Of a DNA stretch of 42,666 bases, positions 25,250 through 34,223 are shown in pieces. The notes under the pieces are model-generated. The model was not told the origin of the DNA and did no database searches. It saw nothing but the letters and a program-made list of their open reading frames with translations. The DNA is from Vicinamibacteria bacterium (lineage in GTDB: Bacteria; Acidobacteriota; Vicinamibacteria; Fen-336). The DNA is taken from assembly GCA_035251085.1 (NCBI GenBank), contig DATFEN010000147.1, positions 1 to 42,666 on the forward strand, given 5' to 3'. Position 1 is the first letter of the stretch. Each line of letters begins with the position of its first letter. The position numbers and the translations under genes were made by a program.

Positions 25250-26898
25250 TCGGAGTGGTGATGCTCGCGCTGCTCGCCGGCCCGGCCGACGCCGTCTACG
25301 ACCTCGTGCTCGCGGGAGGCAGCGTCGTGGACGGCAGCGGGGACCCCGCGAGGACGGCGGACGTCGCCATCGCGGGTGACCGCATCGCGGCGGTCGGCGA
25401 GCTGGCTTCGGCCCGCACGCGCCGCCGCATCGACGCGCGCGGGCTGGTGGTCGCGCCCGGCTTCATCGACATGCTCGGTCAGTCCGAGTACAACGTCCTC
25501 GTCGACCCGCGCGCCGCCAGCAAGATCACCCAGGGCATCACGACCGAGATCACGGGCGAGGGCACCGCGATCGCGCCGCTCAACGCGCGCATGATCGAGG
25601 ACGGACGTGCCGTGTACGAGCATTACGGCCTCACGCCCGACTGGACGACGCTGGCCGGATATTGGAAGGCCTTCGAGCGCGCTCGACCCGCGATCAACCT
25701 CGGCACCTTCGTGGGGGCGGGCGGCGTGCGCAAGCACGTGATGGGCAGCGACAACCGGTCTCCGTCAGCCGCCGAGCTCGAGGAGATGAAGCGGCTGGTG
25801 GCGCAGGCCATGGAGGAGGGCGCGTTCGGCCTGTCGACGTCACTCATCTACGTGCCGGGCCGCTTCGCGAAGACCGCCGAGATCATCGCGCTGGCCAAGG
25901 TCGCCAAGGGCTATGGTGGAACCTACATCACCCACCAGCGGGACGAGGGCGACGTCATCTTCAAGAGCCTCGAGGAGGTGTTTCGGATCGCCCGCGAGGC
26001 CCAGATCCCCACGGAGATCTACCACCTCAAGACGGCGGGTCGGGCCAACTGGGGCAGGATGCCGGCCGTGCTGCGGCGAATCGAGAAAGCCCGCGCCGAC
26101 GGCCTCGACATCCGCGCCGACGTCTACCCGTGGACGGCGAGTGCGAATGCCCTCGAGGCGGCGCTGCCGGCCTGGGTGAGGGAGGGGGGCCGGGCGAAGC
26201 TCGTGGAGCGGCTCAAGGACCCGAGCCTGCGCGAGCGCGTGAAGAAGGATCTGCTCAGGGAGAACCGGCGCTGGGACGAGACCAGCGCTCGGGCGATCCT
26301 GATCACGTCCGTCATCAACCCCGCGCTCAAGAGCTACGAGGGCAAGACCCTCGTCGAGATCGGCCGCGAGGAGAAGAAGACCCCGCGCGACGCCGCGATC
26401 GACCTGCTGATCGCCGACAACGCCAACACCGGCCGCATCACCTTCAGCATGGGCGAGGACGACGTGCGCGCGGCGATCAAGCATGCGCTCGTCGCCATGT
26501 GCACGGATTCGGGGGCGTCCGCCGAGGACGGCATCTTCTCCAAGGAGGGCTCGCACCCGCGGGCCTGGGCTTCGACGGCCCGCATCCTCGGCAGGTACGT
26601 CCGAGAAGAGAAGCTGCTGCCGCTCGAGGAGGCCATCCGCAAGATGACATCGCTGCCGGCATCGAGGATGCAACTGGCGGATCGCGGCGTCGTCCGCGCG
26701 GGAGCCTATGGCGATCTCGTCGCCTTCGACCCGGCGCGGGTCAAGGAGCGCTCCACGTTCACCGATCCGAGGCACTACAGCGAGGGCTTCGCCTATGTCG
26801 CGGTGAACGGGCAGCTCGTCGTGGACGGCGGGCGCCTGACGAGCGCCCGCCCCGGCCGGCCGCTCTACGGCCCGGGCTGGCGCCCAGGCGGACGCTAG
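25246..26898 (+). CDS. Secreted N-acyl-D-amino-acid deacylase (D-aminoacylase) family amidohydrolase
   Basis: ATG at 25246 follows GGAGGGG. MIGVVMLALLAGPADA signal peptide. YDLVLAGGSVVDGSGDPARTADVAIAGDRIAAVGEL..RGLVVAPGFIDMLGQSE..THQRDEG..MCTDSGAS... Note that GFID is followed by MLGQ rather than the usual xHxH. Confidence 0.87.
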   Translation: MIGVVMLALLAGPADAVYDLVLAGGSVVDGSGDPARTADVAIAGDRIAAVGELASARTRRRIDARGLVVAPGFIDMLGQSEYNVLVDPRAASKITQGITTEITGEGTAIAPLNARMIEDGRAVYEHYGLTPDWTTLAGYWKAFERARPAINLGTFVGAGGVRKHVMGSDNRSPSAAELEEMKRLVAQAMEEGAFGLSTSLIYVPGRFAKTAEIIALAKVAKGYGGTYITHQRDEGDVIFKSLEEVFRIAREAQIPTEIYHLKTAGRANWGRMPAVLRRIEKARADGLDIRADVYPWTASANALEAALPAWVREGGRAKLVERLKDPSLRERVKKDLLRENRRWDETSARAILITSVINPALKSYEGKTLVEIGREEKKTPRDAAIDLLIADNANTGRITFSMGEDDVRAAIKHALVAMCTDSGASAEDGIFSKEGSHPRAWASTARILGRYVREEKLLPLEEAIRKMTSLPASRMQLADRGVVRAGAYGDLVAFDPARVKERSTFTDPRHYSEGFAYVAVNGQLVVDGGRLTSARPGRPLYGPGWRPGGR

Positions 26899-26977
26899 TC
26901 GGCGAGCTTCATCCGCCGCAGCAGCGCTGGCATCGAAAACGCTGCCGGATCCGCGACGAGAGGTTAGACTCGGGAAC

Positions 26978-27991
26978 ATGGGGTGGAGTTCGACTCCAAC
27001 GCGTAGCGCGCGCGTCGACGACGCTCGCCGCACGAACGAACGCCTGGGGCGCATGGCGCGCGAGGTGCGCGCCGGCCTTCTGACGCGGCCGCTGCCGACG
27101 CTGCCGTGCAAGTACTTCTACGACGAGCGCGGCTCGGCGCTCTTCGACGCGATCACGCTTCTTCCGGAGTACTACCCGACCCGGACCGAGGAGGCGAACC
27201 TCGCGTCGATCGCGGACGATGTGGTCGACCGCGTGCGCCCGCGCGAACTGGCGGAGCTGGGGTCGGGGGTCGGCCGCAAGGTGCGCATCCTCCTGGACGC
27301 CATGCGCCGCCGCGGCCTGCTCGAGAGATGCGTGCTCTTCGACATCAGCCACGAGGTGCTGACCGCGTCGGTCGAGGCCCTCGCCGCCGACTACCCCGGC
27401 GTGGACGTTCGCGGCGTCGTGGGGGACTTTCTCGAGGACCTCGAGGCTCTCGGCCCGGGAGGCGGGCGTCTCGGTTTGTTCCTGGCGGGCACCATCGGCA
27501 ACCTGCACCCCGATGAAGTGCCCGGCTTTCTGGGTGCGGTGGCCGGCCGGCTCGAGCGTGGCGACGGCTTCCTCGTGGGAGTGGATCTCGTCAAGGACCC
27601 GGCCCTCCTCAATGCCGCCTACAACGACGCGGCCGGCGTGACCGCCGAGTTCAACCGCAACATCCTGCGCGTGATCAACAGGACCTTCGGGGCCGACTTC
27701 GATCCCGAGGCCTTCGAGCACGTCGCGTTCTACGATCCGGACAACGCCTGGATCGAGATGCGGCTCCGGGCGCGGCGCAGGATGCGAGTCCACGTGCCGC
27801 ACGCAGGAGTGGCGTTGCGCCTCGAGCCCGGGGATGAGATCCGCACGGAGCTTTCGTGCAAGTACAGTCACGAGTCCTTCTCTTCGCGGCTGGCCGGCAC
27901 GGGCCTCGTCCTCGAACGCTGGTTCACCGATCCGCGGAAGCTCTTCGCATCCGTCCTCCTCCGCAAGCGGGGCGCGCCGGAGGTGGCGTGA
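26978..27991 (+). CDS. egtD: L-histidine N-alpha-methyltransferase (hercynine synthase)
   Basis: REVRAGLLTRPLPTLPCKYFYDERGSALFDAITLLPEYYPTRTE..ELGSGVGRK..LFLAGTIGNL..AAGVTAEFNRNILRVINR..IRTELSCKY are canonical EgtD motifs. Confidence 0.9.
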   Translation: MGWSSTPTRSARVDDARRTNERLGRMAREVRAGLLTRPLPTLPCKYFYDERGSALFDAITLLPEYYPTRTEEANLASIADDVVDRVRPRELAELGSGVGRKVRILLDAMRRRGLLERCVLFDISHEVLTASVEALAADYPGVDVRGVVGDFLEDLEALGPGGGRLGLFLAGTIGNLHPDEVPGFLGAVAGRLERGDGFLVGVDLVKDPALLNAAYNDAAGVTAEFNRNILRVINRTFGADFDPEAFEHVAFYDPDNAWIEMRLRARRRMRVHVPHAGVALRLEPGDEIRTELSCKYSHESFSSRLAGTGLVLERWFTDPRKLFASVLLRKRGAPEVA

Positions 27992-28001
27992 ACAGGGCGT
28001 G

Positions 28002-29297
28002 ATGGCGTCGTCCGGCACGGGGCTGAAGGCGGCGTGGGACCGGAGCGACAGGATCTTCAGCCTGCTCGCGCCCGACGCGATCTGCTCGAGGCCCATCCCG
28101 TTGCGCCAGCCCTTCCTTTTCTACGTCGGCCACCTGCCCGGGTTCGCCTGGAACCAGTTGGCGCGCGGAGCCGCAGGGCGAGCCTCCTTCAATGCCCGCT
28201 TCGACGAGCTCTTCGAGCGCGGCATCGATCCGCCCGACGACGCCGAACCCGGCGTGGACGATCCGCTGGCGTGGCCATCCCTCGAGCAGGTGCTGGAGTA
28301 CCGCGATCGCGTCCGTGTGGAGCTGCCACATCTGCTCGAGCATCCGGTCGTGCAGGAAGTGCTGCCCATGGTGCTCGAGCACGAGCTGATGCACCACGAG
28401 ACGCTGCTCTACATGGTTCACGAGCTGTCGCCGTCGCTCAAGCGTCGACCGGCCGACTTGCGTGCGCCAGAGAGGGGCGCGTCGCCGCAACGCCGCGTGG
28501 TCCAGGTGCCGGCCGGATGCGCGCGGCTCGGTGCTCCCAGGGATGGTCGCTTCCGCTGGGACAACGAGCTCGGCGCGCTTGCGGTGCACGTGCCGGCCTT
28601 CGGCATGGACGCGCTGCCGGTGACGAATCGCGACTACCTCGCGTTCGCCGACGCTGGCGGCTATCGCGACGCGCGCTTGTGGAGCGAGGACGGCTGGGCC
28701 TGGCGCGAGCGACGCGGCCTCCACGCGCCGCCGTTCTGGAGTCGCAACCCAGCCGGCATTCGCGTCCGAACGCTGTTCGACGAAGTCGATTTCGGCGAGG
28801 CGGCGGACTGGCCGGCGTACGTCACGCACTGCGAGGCCTCCGCCTTCGCGCGCTGGGCCGGCGCCCGGCTGCCGACCGAGCCCGAGTTCCACCGGGCCGC
28901 CTTCGTCATGCCCGACGGCGAGCACAACGAGCATCCGTGGAGCGACGCGCCCCCCGGCGCCGAGCACGGCAACTTCGGCTTTCACCAATGGGGTCCCACG
29001 CCGGTCGGCTCCTTCCCGGAAGGGAAGAGCGCCTGGGGCATTCACGAGCTGGTGGGCAACGGCTGGGAATGGACGGCAAGCGCCTTCGCCCCGTTCCCCG
29101 GCTTCGAGCCGATGCCGCGCTACCCTGGCTACTCGGCCGACTTCTTCGACGGACGCCACTTCGTGATGCTCGGCGCGTCGTGGGCCACCGACCTGCGGCT
29201 GGTGCGGCGCAGCTTTCGCAACTGGTTCCAGCCCCACTATCCTTACGTGTTCGCCAAGTTCCGATGCGTCAGGGCTGCTAACATCACGCATTCATGA
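28002..29297 (+). CDS. egtB: Ergothioneine-biosynthesis sulfoxide synthase (hercynine oxygenase; DinB-like + FGE-sulfatase domains)
   Basis: ATG at 28002, 10 nt after the egtD stop. ..PLRQPFLFYVGHLPGF..MVLEHELMHHETLLYM.. (DinB-like domain, His triad region). ..VTNRDYLAFADAGGYRD..LWSEDGW..GNGWEWTASAFAPFPGF..FVMLGASWAT.. (FGE-like domain). Confidence 0.9.
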   Translation: MASSGTGLKAAWDRSDRIFSLLAPDAICSRPIPLRQPFLFYVGHLPGFAWNQLARGAAGRASFNARFDELFERGIDPPDDAEPGVDDPLAWPSLEQVLEYRDRVRVELPHLLEHPVVQEVLPMVLEHELMHHETLLYMVHELSPSLKRRPADLRAPERGASPQRRVVQVPAGCARLGAPRDGRFRWDNELGALAVHVPAFGMDALPVTNRDYLAFADAGGYRDARLWSEDGWAWRERRGLHAPPFWSRNPAGIRVRTLFDEVDFGEAADWPAYVTHCEASAFARWAGARLPTEPEFHRAAFVMPDGEHNEHPWSDAPPGAEHGNFGFHQWGPTPVGSFPEGKSAWGIHELVGNGWEWTASAFAPFPGFEPMPRYPGYSADFFDGRHFVMLGASWATDLRLVRRSFRNWFQPHYPYVFAKFRCVRAANITHS

Positions 29298-29929
29298 TCG
29301 TCCGCTCGTTTCCAGTCGGACTCCTCCAATGCAACTGCACCGTGATCGGCGACCCGGTCACGAAGGAGGCGATCGTCGTCGATCCCGGTGACGATCCCGA
29401 CAAGGTGCTGGCGGTGCTCCGCGAGCACGACCTGCGCTGCCGCGCGATCCTCAATACCCATACCCACATCGACCACGTGGGCGCCAACCAGGCCTTGAAG
29501 GACGCGACCGGCGCGCGCCTGATGCTCCATGAGGCGGACCTGCCGCTCTACGACCACCTGAAGGCGCAGTCCGAATGGATGGGCGGCATGATCGCGGCGC
29601 CGGTCCGGGCCGAGGTGGACGAGCACCTGCACCAGGGCGATCGCGTGAGCGCCGGCGCAATCGTCGCCGAGGTGCTCCACACGCCTGGACACACGCCCGG
29701 CAGCTTGTGCTTCCATGTGGACGCGGCGCCGCTGCTCCTCTCGGGGGACACGCTGTTCGCGGGCAGCGTGGGCCGCACCGACCTGTGGGGAGGCGACTAC
29801 GCGCTGGAGATCGCCTCGATCCGGGCGCGGCTCCTCGAGCTCGACGATGCGACGCGCGTCATCCCCGGCCACGGGCCGGAGACCACCATCGGCCAGGAGC
29901 GCCGGTCCAACCCGTTCCTTCTCGAATAG
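29294..29929 (+). CDS. MBL-fold metallo-hydrolase (glyoxalase II / YcbL-like)
   Basis: The start overlaps the egtB stop (ATGA at 29294-29297). ILNTHTHIDHVGAN carries the HxHxDH motif, followed by ..LHTPGHTPGS..SGDTLFAGSVGRTD..IPGHGPETTIGQER. Confidence 0.88.
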   Translation: MIVRSFPVGLLQCNCTVIGDPVTKEAIVVDPGDDPDKVLAVLREHDLRCRAILNTHTHIDHVGANQALKDATGARLMLHEADLPLYDHLKAQSEWMGGMIAAPVRAEVDEHLHQGDRVSAGAIVAEVLHTPGHTPGSLCFHVDAAPLLLSGDTLFAGSVGRTDLWGGDYALEIASIRARLLELDDATRVIPGHGPETTIGQERRSNPFLLE

Positions 29930-29945
29930 CCTCGGGAGCTTCGCC

Positions 29946-31499
29946 ATGATCCGCGCTTCAGCCGTGCTGCCGCTGCTGCTGCTCGCCACCTCTGCGGCAG
30001 CGGTGGACCTCCAGATGGTGACGAAGATCCGGGACGAGGCCTTCCATCGCTCCATGGTGATGGACACGGCTGCGTATCTCACCGACGTCATCGGGCCCCG
30101 ACTGACGCTCTCGCCGCAGCTCAAGAAGGCCAACGAATGGACGCGCGACCGCTTGTCGGGGTGGGGGCTCAGCAACGGGCGCCTTGAAGCCTGGGGGCCC
30201 TTCGGCTCGGGCTGGAGCCTGGACCGGGTCTCGGTCCACCTCGTCGCGCCCACGATCCAGCCCCTGGTCGCGCTGCCGCGGCCCTGGACGCCCGGGACGA
30301 ACGGTCTGGTCCGGGCCAAGGCCGTGTACGCGAAGCTCGAGAAGGAGGAGGACTTCGAAGCCTGGAAGGGGAAGCTGAAGGGCAGCTTCGTGCTCGTGGC
30401 CGCACCGATGGAGATCAAGGACGAGGACGTGGTGCCGCTCGCGCGCTACGACGACGATGAGCTCAGCGATCTGGGCAAGTACGAGATCGAGCGCCTGGAC
30501 GAGAAGCGCGAGGAGTGGAAGAAACAGCGCGGCTTCCGCCAGAAGTACCTCACGTTTCTGCGCGAGCAGGGGGCGCTCGCGGCGTTGGGACACAGCCAGG
30601 CGCCTGGCGTCCTGTTCGTGACCGGCACCTCCGGCTACGAGAAAGATGGCGAGCGCGGTGTGCCCGCGCTGATCCTGATTCCCGAGCAGTACAACCGTCT
30701 GGTTCGGCTCGTGGAACGGAAGTTGGATGTGGAGCTGGAGATCGACGTGCGCGCCACCTTCCACGAGGGCGACGGGATGGGCTTCAACACCATCGCGGAG
30801 CTGCCGGGCACCGACAAGGCCGACGAGCTGGTGATGGCGGGCGCGCACCTCGACTCCTGGGTCGCCGGCACCGGCGCGACCGACAACGCGGCGGGCTGCG
30901 CGGTGATCATGGAGGCCGCCCGCATCCTCGGGGCCGTGGGCGCGAAACCGCGCCGGACCATCCGCTTCGCGCTCTGGACGGGAGAGGAGCAGACGCTCGG
31001 CGGCTCCAAGGGATACGTCGAGGCGCACTTCGCGAAGCGGGGCCCGCCCGCTGACCCGGAGGAGAGCGAGCTGTCGCTGAAGGAGCAGACGAAGCCAGGC
31101 AAGCTCGAGCTGCTGCCCGGCCACGCGACGCTCTCGGCCTACTTCAACGTGGACAGCGGCACCGGAAGGATCCGCGGCATTTACGCGATGGAGAACGCCG
31201 CCGCCGCCGCCCTCTTCGAGGACTGGCTGCGGCCGCTGCGCGACCTGGGCGCAACGCAGGTCACCATGCGCAAGGAGGGGAGCACGGACACCGTGCCCTT
31301 CGACGAGGCTGGCCTGCCGGCGTTTCCCTTCGTCCAGGACGACGTCGAGTACGTGAGCCGGACCTGGCACTCCAACCTGGACGTGTACGATCGCTTGAAG
31401 CGCGAGGACCTCATGCAGGCGTCCGCCGTGGTCGCGGCGTTTCTCTACGAGGCGGCGATGCGGGACGAGCCGCTGCCGCGCGGGCCGCTGCCGCGCTGA
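29946..31499 (+). CDS. Secreted M28-family aminopeptidase with PA domain
   Basis: ATG at 29946. MIRASAVLPLLLLATSAAA signal peptide. ..NTIAELPGTDKADELVMAGAHLDSWVAGTGATDNAAGCAVIMEAARIL..ALWTGEEQTLGGSKGY..HSNLDVYD. Confidence 0.88.
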   Translation: MIRASAVLPLLLLATSAAAVDLQMVTKIRDEAFHRSMVMDTAAYLTDVIGPRLTLSPQLKKANEWTRDRLSGWGLSNGRLEAWGPFGSGWSLDRVSVHLVAPTIQPLVALPRPWTPGTNGLVRAKAVYAKLEKEEDFEAWKGKLKGSFVLVAAPMEIKDEDVVPLARYDDDELSDLGKYEIERLDEKREEWKKQRGFRQKYLTFLREQGALAALGHSQAPGVLFVTGTSGYEKDGERGVPALILIPEQYNRLVRLVERKLDVELEIDVRATFHEGDGMGFNTIAELPGTDKADELVMAGAHLDSWVAGTGATDNAAGCAVIMEAARILGAVGAKPRRTIRFALWTGEEQTLGGSKGYVEAHFAKRGPPADPEESELSLKEQTKPGKLELLPGHATLSAYFNVDSGTGRIRGIYAMENAAAAALFEDWLRPLRDLGATQVTMRKEGSTDTVPFDEAGLPAFPFVQDDVEYVSRTWHSNLDVYDRLKREDLMQASAVVAAFLYEAAMRDEPLPRGPLPR

Positions 31500-31502
31500 A
31501 CC

Positions 31503-31883
31503 ATGGGCGAGCGGATCCCGGCGATCAAGCTGCTGCTGCTGCCGAAGGACACGAACGCCTACGGCACCATCTTCGGAGGCGTGATCCTCTCCCACGTCGA
31601 CCTGGCGTCGGCCGTGGAGGCGCGCAAGTCCGGCAACCACCGCTACGTGACGAAAGCGATGCGCGAGGTGGAGTTCCACCAGCCGGTGTTCCTCGGCGAC
31701 ATCGTCAGCTTCTACACGGAGACGCTGCGCGTCGGGCGTACTTCGATCACCGTCAAGGTGGACGTCGAGGTCGAGCGCTGGTCGACGAGCGGCGCCGGCG
31801 AGCGCGTCAAGGTCACCGAGGCCGAGGTGGTGCTCGTCGCGGTGGACGAGAGGGGAGCGCCGCGCCCGATCCGGGAGGCGTGA
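31503..31883 (+). CDS. Hotdog-fold acyl-CoA thioesterase (YciA-like)
   Basis: LLLLPKDTNAYGTIFGGVILSHVDLASA..VEFHQPVFLGDIVSFYTETLRVGRTSITVKVDVEVER. It starts 3 nt after the M28 stop. Confidence 0.88.
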   Translation: MGERIPAIKLLLLPKDTNAYGTIFGGVILSHVDLASAVEARKSGNHRYVTKAMREVEFHQPVFLGDIVSFYTETLRVGRTSITVKVDVEVERWSTSGAGERVKVTEAEVVLVAVDERGAPRPIREA

Positions 31884-31905
31884 GCGGGCTGCTAAGATCC
31901 TCCTG

Positions 31906-33981
31906 GTGAGCGTCGAGCCCTCCTCCCGTCGCGTTCTCAAGGTCGTCTGCCCGCACGACTGTCCGGACACGTGCGTGATGAACGTGACCGTCGAGGGCGA
32001 CAGGGCCGTCGCCATCGGCGGCGACGCCGACCACCCCTTCACCCAGGGCTTCCTGTGCGCGAAGGTGAATCCGTACCTGGAGCGGGTCTACAGCCCTGAG
32101 CGCCTGCTGCACCCGCTGCGCCGGGTCGGGAGCAAGGGCGAGGGAAGGTTCGAGCGCATCACCTGGGACGAAGCGCTCGACGAGATCGCGACCCGCCTCA
32201 AGGACGTCGTGAATCGCCATGGCGCCCAGGCCATCCTGCCCTACTCCTACGCCGGCAACATGGGCTTGCTCTCGTACGGAAGCATGGACCGGCGCTTCTT
32301 CCAGGCGCTCGGCGCGAGCCTGCTCGATCGGACGATCTGCGCGAGCGCAGGCAAGGCCGGCTACAAGGCCACGATCGGCAAGTCGATCGGCTTCGACCCC
32401 GAGGCCGTGGTCCACGCGCGCTTCATCGTGGCCTGGGGCGCGAACATCGTCAGCTCCAACGTGCACCTGTGGCCGTTCGTGGAGGAGGCGCGGCGACGCG
32501 GGGCGAGGCTCGTCACGATCGACCCGTTCCGCTCCAGGACCGCGGAGAAGTCGGACCTGCACCTCGCGCTTCGGCCGGGCACCGATGCGGCGCTGGCCCT
32601 CGCGATGCTGCACGTGATCTTCCGGGATGGCCTGCAGGACGCCGACTATCTCGCCCGCTACACGGTCGGCGCCGACAGGCTCCGCGAGCGCGCGCGGGAG
32701 TGGACGCCGGAGCGCGCGGCCCCCATCACGGGGCTCGAGGCGCCCGCGATCGAATCGTTCGCCCGCGAGTACGCGACGACTCAACCGTCGGCCCTGCGCA
32801 TCAACTACGGGTTGAACCGTCACGCAGGCGCCGGCATGGCGGTGCGGACCATCGCGTGCCTCCCGGCCGTCGTCGGCGCTTGGCGCCATCCCGGCGGCGG
32901 GATCCTGCTCTCGGCCTCCGGGGCGTTCCCGGTCCTCGACGACGTGCTCGAAGGCCACGCGCTCATCCGCTCCGGCACCCGCACCCTCAACATGAGCGAG
33001 ATCGGCCGGCTTCTGAACGACGCCACGCTCGATCCACCCGTCAAGGCGCTCTTCGTGTACAACTCGAACCCGGTCGCCGTGGCGCCCGAGTCGGAGAGCG
33101 TCCGCCGCGGCTTCCTGCGCGAGGACCTGTTCGTCGTGGTCCACGAGCTGTTCCAGACCGACACCGTGGACCATGCCGACATCGTGCTTCCCGCGACGAC
33201 GACGCTCGAGCACTACGACCTGCACAAGGCCTATGGCCACTTGTATCTGAGCCTGAGCCGGCCGGCGATCGCCCCGCTCGGAGAGGCGAAGCCCAATACC
33301 GAGGTCTTTCGGCTGCTCGCCGAGCGCATGGGCCTCGACCATCCGCTCCTGCGCGAGAGCGACGAGGCGATGGCGCGGAGCGCGCTCGACTGGTCGAGCC
33401 CGACGCTGGCCGGAACGAGCTTCGAGCGGCTCGAGCGGGAGGGCTCGGTGCGCCTGAACCTGCCCCGCGATTGGGCGCCCTTCGCAGAGGGCGGGTTCCC
33501 GACCCCGTCGGGCAAGTGCGAGCTCTTCGCCGAGAGCCTGGCGCGTTCGGGTCACGATCCGCTGCCGACGTACGTCCCGCCTCGGGAGAGCGTCGAGTCC
33601 GCTCCGGACCTGGCGGTGCGCTACCCGCTCGCGTTCATCTCCCCCCCGGCGCACCACTTCCTCAACTCGACGTTTTCGGCGCAGCCGGTGTTCGTGCGGC
33701 GGGAGAGCGAGCCTTTCGTCCACATCCATCCGAAGGACGCCGAGGTCCGCGGCATTCGCGACGGCCAGGCCGTACGCACGTTCAACGACCGCGGTGCGTT
33801 CGTCGCGACGGCTCGCGTCTCCGACGCCGCCCGTGAAGGCGTGGTGGTCGGCCTCTCGATCTGGTGGCCGAAGATGTGCCCCGGGGCTCGCAACGCCAAC
33901 GCGGTGACCGGCCAGGGCCTGACCGACATGGGCGGCGGCGCGACGTTCTACGACGCGCTCGTGGACGTCGAGCCCGCCTGA
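31906..33981 (+). CDS. Cytoplasmic molybdopterin (bis-MGD) oxidoreductase, DMSO-reductase superfamily, with N-terminal 4Fe-4S motif and no Tat signal
   Basis: GTG at 31906. KVVCPHDCPDTCVMNVTVEGDRAVAIGGDADHPFTQGFLCAKV carries the Cys cluster. ..ITWDEALDEIA..FIVAWGANIVSSNVH..VTIDPFRSRTA.. and the C-terminal beta-barrel HPKDAEVRGIRDGQAVRTFNDRGAFVATARV. Confidence 0.9.
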   Translation: MSVEPSSRRVLKVVCPHDCPDTCVMNVTVEGDRAVAIGGDADHPFTQGFLCAKVNPYLERVYSPERLLHPLRRVGSKGEGRFERITWDEALDEIATRLKDVVNRHGAQAILPYSYAGNMGLLSYGSMDRRFFQALGASLLDRTICASAGKAGYKATIGKSIGFDPEAVVHARFIVAWGANIVSSNVHLWPFVEEARRRGARLVTIDPFRSRTAEKSDLHLALRPGTDAALALAMLHVIFRDGLQDADYLARYTVGADRLRERAREWTPERAAPITGLEAPAIESFAREYATTQPSALRINYGLNRHAGAGMAVRTIACLPAVVGAWRHPGGGILLSASGAFPVLDDVLEGHALIRSGTRTLNMSEIGRLLNDATLDPPVKALFVYNSNPVAVAPESESVRRGFLREDLFVVVHELFQTDTVDHADIVLPATTTLEHYDLHKAYGHLYLSLSRPAIAPLGEAKPNTEVFRLLAERMGLDHPLLRESDEAMARSALDWSSPTLAGTSFERLEREGSVRLNLPRDWAPFAEGGFPTPSGKCELFAESLARSGHDPLPTYVPPRESVESAPDLAVRYPLAFISPPAHHFLNSTFSAQPVFVRRESEPFVHIHPKDAEVRGIRDGQAVRTFNDRGAFVATARVSDAAREGVVVGLSIWWPKMCPGARNANAVTGQGLTDMGGGATFYDALVDVEPA

Positions 33982-33984
33982 CGC

Positions 33985-34209
33985 GTGTCCAGCCTGGAGG
34001 GGTTCTACGTGGCCGCGACCGTGGTCGCGCTGCTGCAGTTCCTGCGCCTGCGCGAGAGGCGCCTGCTGCCGTTCCTGCTCGGCCTGGCGCTCCTCGCCGT
34101 GGCGCATCACCAGGAGGATTGGTTCGCCGCCCGCCCATGGCACATCGGCGCGGGCCTGGCATTGCTCGCGACTCTCTTGACGTGGAGCCCCAGGGGCCCC
34201 CGGCGTTGA
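33985..34209 (+). CDS. Small (74-aa) two/three-helix membrane protein following the Mo-enzyme gene
   Basis: GTG at 33985, 3 nt after the upstream stop. GC3 is nearly saturated. Hydrophobic segments FYVAATVVALLQFL, LLPFLLGLALLAVA and IGAGLALLATLL. Its stop overlaps a possible TTG start of the next gene (TTGA at 34206-34209). Confidence 0.55.
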   Translation: MSSLEGFYVAATVVALLQFLRLRERRLLPFLLGLALLAVAHHQEDWFAARPWHIGAGLALLATLLTWSPRGPRR

Positions 34210-34223
34210 GCCGCAACATCCTC

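Noticed and set aside
29958-34143. 694-aa and 776-aa minus-strand ORFs (29958..32042, 31813..34143)
   Set aside because: These are shadow ORFs antisense to the M28 peptidase, thioesterase and Mo-oxidoreductase genes, rich in Arg/Gly/Ala/Pro with no recognisable domain. The same reasoning applies to 1935..3365(+), 4539..6197(-), 9495..11189(-), 14760..16622(+), 19775..20914(+), 21864..23570(-), 25840..27111(-), 27924..29291(-), 34107..35606(-), 38889..40631(-) and 40917..42527(-).
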